NCBI RefSeq assembly: GCF_000150275.1
Contig: NW_002060947.1
Span: 5,679,184-5,743,183 of the forward strand
Direction: 5' to 3'
Length of the DNA stretch: 64,000 nucleotides
From: Trichoplax adhaerens
Taxonomy: Eukaryota; Animalia; Placozoa
Shown here: in pieces, positions 37,641 through 47,655 of the stretch
How the letters are laid out: the number at the start of each line of letters is the position of its first letter
Position numbering within the stretch: the first letter of the stretch is position 1
Notes under the pieces: generated by a model
What the model saw: only the letters and a program-made list of their open reading frames with translations
Database searches by the model: none
Told to the model about the DNA's origin: nothing
Made by a program: the position numbers and the translations under genes

Positions 37641-38430
37641 CTGCAACTCCTTTGGACGGACAGACATTTGGCCTGCTTTGGTCAATACATTGTGTCAAAT
37701 ACTCCATTTTGACAGTACTTTAGTATCGCACTAGTCGATTCTGGAGAGACTGATTTTTTCTACTGACAGTAATCCATGGACTACTACTGTAGTAGTGTAC
37801 TGTAGAGTCTACACTGCAACTCCTTTGGACGGACAGACATTTGGCCTGCTTTGGTCAACCCATTGTGTCAAATACTTCATTTTGACAGTACTTTAGTATG
37901 GCGCCAGTCGATTCTGAAGAGACTCATTTTTCTACTGACAGTAATCCATAGACCACTACTGTACTGTAGAGTGACTGCAACTCCTATGGACGGACATACA
38001 TTGGACCTGCTTTGGTCAATCCATTGTGTCAAATACTCCATTTTGACAGTACTTTAGTATGGCGCCAGTCGATTCTGAAGAGACTCATTTTTTCTACTGA
38101 CGGTAATCCATGGACTACTACAGTCGACCTGCAACTCCTTTGGACGGACAGACATCGGGCCTGCTTTGGTCAATCTATTGTGTCAAATACTTCATTTTGA
38201 CAGTACTTTAGTATGGCGCCAGTCGATTCTGACTGAATAGACTCATTTTTTCTACTGACAGTAATCCATGGACCACTACAGTACTGTAGAGTGTAGACCT
38301 GCAACTCCTTTGGACGGACAGACATCGGGCCTGCTTTGGTCAATTCATTGCGTCTACAACTCTACATTGTGTCCATTTTGACAGTACTTTAGTATGACGC
38401 CAGTCGATTCTAAAGAGACTCATTTTTTCT
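37641..38430. repeat. Tandem array, 5 copies of a ~135-bp core with variable TACTGTA-rich linkers
   Basis: ctgcaactcct(t/a)tggacggaca starts at 37641, 37814, 37975, 38129 and 38299. Confidence 0.95.
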
Positions 38431-40364
38431 AAATGAAGTCCTATTCCATTGCCTGTTACTAAGCTCTGCTTAGAAGCAGTCCATTTAGATGATGAATGTT
38501 ATTGAAATGAATACGAGTGATTTGGAAAACAGAGACGGAAGATCTATCTATACTGAGCAACTCTTTTTGGATATTTTGCGGCCTTGTCTTGTATGAAAAG
38601 TCCGTCCGTCGGAGGAGAGTGGCAGCCGGTCTACTGTAGTATTTTTTCTAGTAGCAGTCGAGAAGGATTCACAGTAATCGTACAGTACGGTACTGTAGAC
38701 TACAAAATGGAGCCATGACAGTACAGTACTGTACAGTACTGTATGTTGACAAGTACTGTATTGTACAGTGAATACGAACAGCCGTATTGAAGGTTCATAC
38801 TGGTGTCAATGAGCATGGAGACAAGAAATGGAACACTTTGTTGGAATGATTGTAAAACTAACTACGAACTCTTACTCTCAATTGAAGATTGAATTGATTG
38901 TCAGCAACGCAGTTTAGAACGTAGTACTGTACTACGTACAGTACTTGAATTTAGACTTTATTTGATAGAGTATTTGGTCATTTCCTACGGTAGTACTGCG
39001 TTGTTGATTCAACACTCTACAGTGTACAGTACAGTCGTGCAAGTCGTCTACAGTACACTGTACTCCACGTTTCAAGTAGCGTTGGACTCTAGCTTTCAGT
39101 TTGTTGACTGCGCTGGTCGAGCAGACCATACTGAATACTGTCAGGCAATAAACGCTTTCGTCATCTACCCATGCTAATGGCCCATCATGCCTCATGAATA
39201 TTTGACGTAAGGACATCCCGCGGCGTTATTCGCTTTCAACAATTTCCATTAAATCAACATCGCTTGCAAATAGTTCAGCAATCGACGAATTTCCATTGAT
39301 TTCTAGCCTTTCTCACTGTATATAGAATGCACTTGATCCATACAAACTGACCAAGTAGCGATGGAAGATGAAGAAGAGGTTAGATGCAATCAAGCAGTCA
39401 GAAAAATCCAATGACGCAGTCATGCCGCAGTCAATTAACTGGCCGGCAATCACTTCATTACACATTACTCCTGTTGTATCGCTTTGAATGCTCTCCATTC
39501 GTACACTACTTTGCCACTCATTTCTGTCTTTCCTAGTGCATCGATCAACTTATTCTACCATGGAATAACAGTTGATGGATTCAGTCTGTTCTTGTAATGC
39601 TTGAACGATCAATTATCACCTAAGAATAGCGTCTAAAATCATTTCAGCCATTGAAAAACTGCCTAGTCGTAAGAGCACTACCCGGCAATCACACTCATCA
39701 CTCTCCTTTCATTGTCCAATAGTACACTACTGTACACTAGAATGTCAAATGGAAGGCGTCTTATTCTCTCTTATGCTTAGTGGATAGGATATTCAATCAA
39801 ATCAATGACTACAGTATACTTACTATGCTAAATAGGAACTATTCGTACAAATTGGAATATTCTACTGTAATACTAATTCTTTACTCTCTCTCTCTCTCTC
39901 TATTTTGGTTTGCAATCCTTTTTGATTGTATTGCTATGAAAAAAAACCCCTTGGAAAAAACAGTTGCAGTTAATGGTAGAGGTAAGCTAATCATGATCGC
40001 ACGATACTAGCCTATACTGCTAAAAGACTAACCCCATTTCAGTAGAATACAACATCATCGGCTTTATCAATACAAACTTTGACTATTCCTTCTGACTCTA
40101 TCTACAACTAGTAGTAGAAGTAAAGCAGTGTCAGTCAGTAACGTGAATTCATTATTTTTGCATGCCCCACAATAGCCATTCGCGATAATGCAACCTTGGC
40201 TTTGATCGCAATAATAATTATTCTTATTCTTATATTATTATAATGCAATCAATGATAGCGACCAATCGATAATGATATGTAATAGTTTATTGCCATTTTG
40301 CTTACAATACTTGTAGACAGTATACTGTACATACTCGCACATTTACCCATCAACTCGATCTGTT

Positions 40365-43300
40365 ATGCAGACTCGACATGATCTATGTACTGTACGATCG
40401 AGAACAACTCGGCCAAATGATGATAGGGTAGTCAGTCTATGAACAACTGTTTTTCTATGCACGCCAGTTTTTGTAAATGCGGTTTCATCAACTAATTAAC
40501 TCATGTAAACATTTTGACCCAATATTAATGACCAAATTATAGCTAGTAAGACTGTAATGCTAAGTTGATACGGATATATTGTCATTGGTTATTGTAGAAG
40601 ATATCCACTCTTGGCGTGACTGCAGATCCAGCAGCAGTCTACGATGTCGTTCAGCACGCAGGGTAGAATTAATTAGCGTTTGTAATCAATGTTATGAATC
40701 ATTGCTTTCCTCATCGCCTTGATAGACATTGAGCTATCATTCACTTGAAAGATAATACCGTTCATAGATAAATAGACACTATATTGACGCTCAGGCAGTA
40801 GAACAAAACAATCTTAATTTTACCTCCGTTTTGATTTATACGCCATATAGACAACTTTTAACCGCCAGAAGCAGTCCTCCAGTAGAGGCAGCAATAAGGT
40901 ATCATGCAAAGTGGAAAAGACGTATTATTGTCACAATAATGATGGAGATTTTATTATCTCTTGTTCTATTCCATCTTGTTGTTACTCAACCATTTCTATC
41001 ATCATTTACTAATACTATTGTTATATTTTGTTCACTGATTTCATTTCTAGCTGATGTGGTAAAACATTCAAAAATGAGTTGTTCAATTAGTTTAGTGAAG
41101 TCATGGTAGAACTATCTACAGTACATTCGAGTATGATCAATAATTGATTGATGATAATATTTTGCGTAGTGTGTTACTCGCCTACTGTGTAGGCAGTATA
41201 GAACCACCCAAATCGCAACCATATTCTATAATTTCACTTCTTACTGTATTTTATGGCATGAATGAAAGATGCCATGCTTGTATAGTATCAACGGCACAGC
41301 AAACTTATATACCTTCAATTTAAGAAAATTAATAGAAAGGGAACGTAAAGTGTTGTATTGAACAAAATTGAATGGCTCCATGCTTTAGTATGATAATTGT
41401 ATCACACTCTTTTCTTATTGTACTAGGGTTGGTCTGGTCGATAAAACTATAGAATGTTTAAGAGAATCAGATAGGTTAGTGAGATATTACACAGGGCAGT
41501 ATTCTAGGTCTAATATAAATTGACCAAAGTGCAACTGCTACATTAAAAGTTTACAACAATTTATTAGCGATGTTGCATTATTTTCTCCATTGTAGATGTT
41601 ACAGTAATCATTTCCTAAGATCGTTGTATTTTAAAGTCTGCTTAAAAATAAATACTAATAGTAATAGTTGAATTCCAACAGTTACATCCTGTGTTGTTAT
41701 TTGATACACTGGTTAGCATGCCTTCCAGCCTGTCATATTTGTAATGACTGTTTCTATCAATATTTTTAATTCTACAGTTCCAAAACACAACACGAAGCAG
41801 CTTGGATCCTCAGCATAATTGCAAGCAGTGATTCACGAGGCCCGAAGGTTATCGTCAACGCAGGTACAAGCTAACAATATATCTACAGTACATTAAATAT
41901 CCTGAATTTAGGTTACGTTGATTAAGTCATAGGATCGGCCTAAACACGTTTGCTTTGAAAGCAATCGTAAAATTTTGTATTGAAGATCACTTATTGTACA
42001 ATATTTGTATTAGATGGTATTCCAGTACTTGTCAATAATTTATCTACTGAATATCCAAATGTATGTGAAAAAGTTGCTCTCGCTTTAGCTTTCATTGCAG
42101 GTCGGTAATATTGTAAATATTAGTTTACAAGATCTATCTACATGATGTACTATGTAAAAATAGTCCAATGCTTAATATATACCGGTCGCCTTATAAAATA
42201 TATATTATGACAAACTTGACAATAGGGGATTGCATTGACTACCGAAATAAAATTATTGATTGTGCTGTAATGACAAAGTTTGATGCTGCTGCAGATGTAA
42301 ATAAGCCGGTAAATTACCAAATTTAAATCTGTATTAAGCTTATAGCACACCTGTAATACATAAAATAAAAAGCAATGCTGCCATTTATACTATCTATATT
42401 ATGATAAATTATATTATTGCATCAAAATCTTTACGATGGTAAAATTAACCTTGTAGGCTTACCAATTAGAAAGTGTAGCGAAATTAATAAATAAGGTTTT
42501 AAGCTATCCAAGTTCCCAATTACCACTTGAGATTGCAAAAAAGGTAGCGTGTTCACATACATTAGGACAATTTTTCGATGATTAATACCTAAATTAATGT
42601 TCAAACCCTTTCTTATCTTCAAGATTTCGTTTATTTACAATTTCTTGATACAACTATGATTTTTCTAGTTAACGGTTTACATAGTTGAACTCTTGGACCA
42701 GGAAATATTGACGGTTGGTCATTTAGGCTATCACTTTATGCTTTTGATCATATTTATAAATTTTATTTACGAAAAATCAATATATATTTATCAAATACAA
42801 CTTAAACAATAACAAAATGTAATAATGTTCAATACTAACACGAATAGGTACAAAGTAGTCTAGCTGGAGCTGCATATTATCTGACTAGGAATGACAATCC
42901 GTCATATTTACAGGTTTCTACTAGGGTTTCGTCCATCCTAAATAAGTTTGTTTAACGGATTATTTACGGTAAAGTTTGGGTGGTTTAAGATATATTTTTT
43001 ATCGTATAGGTTGCTGTGACGTCAGGGTTGTTAGAAAAAGTGGTAAAATTGTTATCGAGGAATGATTTAAATGTTCAGGTTTGATAACAATTTAAAGTTA
43101 TGTATAAGAAACGCACATTGTTAATGTAAATAACTATGCAATTACTGATTTTGAAATCGATTATACAATAAGCGACTTGCACTTTTATATACAAATACTT
43201 AGAAAGCAGCAATTCGTGTATGTCAAAATGTCTCAAGTTCCGATTATAGCCGCTTTACACAAGTATGAATGGCGCATATAGTTATAATATCATTACTGTG

Positions 43301-44692
43301 TGTGATGTTTTATACTGGATAATCTGGGTCTAGTTTAATTCATTTCTATTTTTTATACATTCTTTAGGCTTTAATTGATTGTAATGCACAAGATCATTTC
43401 GAGCTGTTGTTAAAGACAAAGGATGTATATATCATATTGGTAAAGGAATCTTTATTTGTATATAATCTAGCTAGCCATTGACGGCGTAGAAGATAAATTA
43501 TTTCTATATGCTTGCAGAATCAAGAGCCGATGCATTTTATTTTACTTACATTTACTGTTACAGGACACTATAAAGGTCATTTCCAATATTGCAACTGGTT
43601 CTATAAACATAAAGCAAGTAAGTTTAAAATTTATGAAAAGATAACTATTCTTGCTGAAGTGTGATAAATTGGCCTGTTTATATTTCAGGTTCTGCTCGAT
43701 GTTAAGATTCTTCCCACCGTTTTTGAACAAATTAGAAATGTAAAACCATTTTTAATATTTTTCTAGCACATACAGCATCTTCTGTAACTGTAATAAATGA
43801 ATGGCGTCTTAAAGACTGAGATTGTACATTCTTGGCTATAGACTAGATTAATAAAGGTTTGATTTATTTATCATAATTTAGCCTGATATGCATATCGTAA
43901 AAGAAATTTGTTGGGTAATTGACAATTTTATAACTGGAGCAGCAGAGGATCAGGTTAGTCTCATGGAAAAGGTAGTGTATAATTTTAATTTACCAGTAAT
44001 GCCTTACGAATGAGTAACAAACTAACGAAACTGTTTACTTATTATATAGCTTCAACAGCTGTGTGAGATTGGCATCGTTGATTTGCTCTATAGCAGTCTG
44101 CTTATTAAAAATCATATGGTACGACTTCATGTTTATAACTTTGTATGAATTCATGTGAAAAATTTTCAAGTAGTGCGTGCTACTTTGCTATTAATGTAGC
44201 AATTTTCCAACATTTTCATTAGAAATATTCTCTATTTTTTGAATGCAGATAATAAGGCATTCCCTAGCTGCTCTCTTAAATCTAATCGAGGTAGCATGAA
44301 ATAACCTTTTTGCGTAGTAGTCAACATTGTATAATACACGTGTTACCAATAGTATCGACTGGAAAAGTCATAATAATGTTATGGCATTTTTAGGGAACGC
44401 TAGATGATGATATGAAATTGTCGATATGTACTGATTTCGATGATATAGGAGGTAAATAAGGTTTTCAAATATATCGAAAAGATTGATAGCTCGTATTGGC
44501 AACTTACATATGTATTTATCGTACTTTTATGTTAATGATAAGTGCTTGAACTTATTTGTTAACTATTGGAGTATTTATTTAGGTTTAATTAGGCTGGAGA
44601 TATTTTTAAGAAGTGAAAGCGACGAAATTAGAATTATGGCAACGACAATTCTTCATGTAATTCAAGATATTTATGGTCAAAATCAACAGTAA
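40365..44692 (+). CDS. Highly diverged importin-alpha (KPNA3/4-type) armadillo-repeat protein, many short exons
   Basis: Exons read DPAAVYDVVQHAG|QLLTARSSPPVEAAIR|VGLVDKTIECLRESDS|SKTQHEAAWILSIIASS...VIVNA|DGIPVLVNNLSTEYPNVCEKVALALAFIAG|DCIDYRNKII...|VAVTSGLLEKVVKLLSRNDLNVQ|KAAIRVCQNV...|DTIKVISNIATGS..KQ|...VKEICWVIDNF...EDQ|...GG|LIRLEIFLRSESDEIRIMATTIL. These run colinear with importin-alpha ARM1-10. The start exon is uncertain. Confidence 0.8.
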
Positions 44693-45527
44693 TAACGTTA
44701 CAGCAATGATGTTCACTTTAGAGGTGTTATTATCAAATAGCAATAATTATAATATGAATCGTAATATTTATAAACCAATATAGAACTATCCGGCTTGGGT
44801 TTTAAAGTTGAGTCCATTAAGCGCGAGTTTTACTTATTACAATAACGATTAAATCCTGGTGTATCGATTTAGTTATTGTTAAAAATTTTTGATTCTTCTC
44901 TAATTATAATTCATACATATTCTGATGCGCTAAATGTTTTATATTATTAAATGAAATAAATATAAGAGTAATTGAAATAGCTATTTTTGAAAATGATTGT
45001 AATAAAGTTGAGTATTTTGTCCACGTATCTTTTACGACTGTTTACTTGTCAGACCGTACTTACTGGCTCATGAATGAAATCTATTTATCGGTCGGTAATA
45101 TGTTCTTATCAACATCAATACAATTACGTAGGCAATAATACTATCGATGTAAGTTATATCAGGTTGTGTTTGATATACATAGAGACTATTTTATTGAAGC
45201 ATTATATTAACTAGTAGTACATCATCGCCCACCATTCTATAGGGCTTTAGTGTATTGTGATTTATTACACGCAGAATAAACAGAAGTCAGAAAGAAAATA
45301 TTTATTAGCAGATTACTGTTAAACTATTCCGTAAGTAATCATGAATTGATTACACCTTTTTTAAGCAGTTTTAACAAGTTACGATTCTATACCCATTTCT
45401 CAGTACGCTTATATCTTTAACGCAGTATCACAAGCAAAACTATCGTGCGTAGTAGCAGTTACGCTAACATCTACAATACATGGAAATCGCTAGAAAGGAA
45501 GTAAAATAAACATGTCACTAAATTAGC

Positions 45528-45618
45528 AATTAGCTTCGATCAAATAAAGTCATCAGAAGCAAAAACGGCCATATCGGCTGTAGTTTAAGCCCGTCATGTT
45601 ATTCTCTCGAAGCTAATT
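45528..45618 (-). promoter_or_regulatory. Candidate SECIS element in the MSRB1 3'UTR
   Basis: Minus strand: AATTAGCTTCGA-gagaataac-ATGAC-GGGCTTAAACT-ACA-GCC GATAT GGC-C-GTTTTTGCTTC-TGAT-gactttatttga-TCGAAGCTAATT. It has a perfect 12-bp outer stem (45528-45539 with 45607-45618), an AUGA/GA core and a type II mini-stem, ~415 nt past the stop of a Sec-containing ORF. Confidence 0.75.
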
Positions 45619-46032
45619 TCAAATACGAATAAAATTTAGAAATATTTACCATTAGTAATAATATAACCGACTGCTTTATGAATATTACAAGAATATGTAT
45701 AAATTTTAAATAGTTTTAATTTTGTTGCAAACGCTGCAGCTAGTCACTATGCCTATCGTCCTAATAAGACAGCTTATAACAATTTTGAAGTTACATCAGT
45801 AAACGACGACTTTTCAATCTTGTTTTGTTTGCTAAAAAATGAGCTACTCTTTAAGCCGATAAACACATAGAATAAAACTAGGAAAGAGCGTTCGCGTGTG
45901 GTTCAACTTCATTGTCATACAATTATGTTTTGTTACGTAAAACATATAGTGGATAGCAATCGATTACAAGATATCTATGTGACTGTTAACTATCAATAAA
46001 GTTAAAGTATAAAAAACGGTATTCATTCCAGC

Positions 46033-47655
46033 TTAATTAGCTTTTGGAACGAATTTGAGCGAATTTGAGAATATTCAAAAACGCGATTTACCACCAGGTC
46101 CATCACGAAGAAATTCGTGACCAAGACCTTGTCCACAGTTACCGCAGGAAACTTTTAGTGCTCCAGGTGATTCTTCATATTTTGATAGGCTATTTTCGGA
46201 AACTGTTTCAGTGAAAGCAGGCCAAGGTGATGAATGCTCATATTTAGACTTGCTAGGAAATAAGTCATGATTGCACTTTGAGCAGACATATTTGCCTAAT
46301 GACAAAAGATAAAAAAATAGATAAGCATCGCATTTTACAATCATTACCATCCTAAATGATTTTGCGCTGCCTCCAATTGCCTCCACGGGTGTATATTTGG
46401 CGTACATTAATAACGGTCACTTCATATCGATGTTAAGCACCGGATACTTTGTCATGATAATTGACTGAAGACTAGTTCAGGTTTCTTATGTCATCCTGTT
46501 GCATACAAATAACGTAACTTTGTAAAGGCATTATTCAATTACAGAGATAGCTGGGTTTGGAGTGAAAGGCGATACAAGATCGGCAACCATTCATATTACT
46601 TATAGAATTAATTCATTGTGTCCTTGTGTAGTCTATTCGATAAGTGTTGCGATATCTTTTGTAAATTACATGCAGAAATGAACGGCTATAATTATGGCGC
46701 AGATGCCATATCCAAATGTTATGCATTCACGGACAGTACTTTACTGATAAAGATATAGTCAACGGATAACCATACAATTTTTCCGTTTTCATTCCATCAT
46801 GAACTACTACTCTACATTTACAGTGCTGGATGTTTATTTCTAGGTACGAGTATCTCGATGAATTCTATAAATTGTAAGGTAATGAAAATTGGCACAACAG
46901 CCGTGACTGCCGTAGATCTATTTTATTATTGACTCTCCATCCCTAAACGATACCGTTAAGCAGATTTGGATGAACTTGCCACAAATTTTCCATTACTTTG
47001 ATAGATGAAGTAAGGTTACGATAATAACTTTGCTCTCTACAGTAAAGGTAATTTAGTGATTTTACCCATGTAAACCACCTTTTATCCATTCCATTTCACT
47101 GAGCGTGATTGCTTAGTGCCAGCTACAGCTGCTTTGTCAAGTCCTCCCTCCCACATACTACTAGTTCACCGTCAAGAAGGCAAAGTACTGCCTTTTCCTA
47201 CTTGACAGTGAAAGGATTGCCATGAAATCATACAACTCCACGATCTACTTGCAGTGCACTACGATCATTAATTATAGATACAGTACAGTATAATGGATGT
47301 TTATAAACCTTCATAAGTACGCAATGATTTACACATGAGTCTGTACTCCAATTAGAATGGGATCAATTCCACTTTACGGACCAAGCCAAATTCTGAAGCG
47401 TAACATTACGATGTTACGCTTCAGAATCTTGGTTGGTGCGTGAAATGGAATTGATCGCATTTTCAAGAGAGCAACCGCTCAATGAACAGTAGATGAAGAA
47501 ACGTTGTCCATGATCGTAGGCCGGCAATCGATTGAGAAACCTGTCATGATGATCCATTTGAAAGGATTGAGCAGTATTAAGTCCTATCAACAACATTGTT
47601 TCCTACCCGATTCAAAGTGATCTTTATATTTTTCGCTTCTCCAGCTGCAAAACAT
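46033..47655 (-). CDS. MSRB1: Selenoprotein methionine-R-sulfoxide reductase B1 (SelR/SelX); exons 47607-47655 and 46033-46295; TGA at 46075-46077 read as Sec
   Basis: [17 protein letters not shown]|[27 protein letters not shown]...[43 protein letters not shown]. Similarity to the MsrB1 SRFUIFSSSLKFVPK motif continues past the TGA. Confidence 0.95.

Noticed and set aside
37641-38430. Repeat-plus-variable-spacer layout resembling a CRISPR array
   Set aside because: The context is eukaryotic, the repeats are ~135 bp, the linkers are related low-complexity sequence, and there are no cas genes.
46296-46407. ORF-track N-terminus of MSRB1 (MYAKYTP...)
   Set aside because: It is intronic. The real first exon, [16 protein letters not shown], is at 47607-47655.
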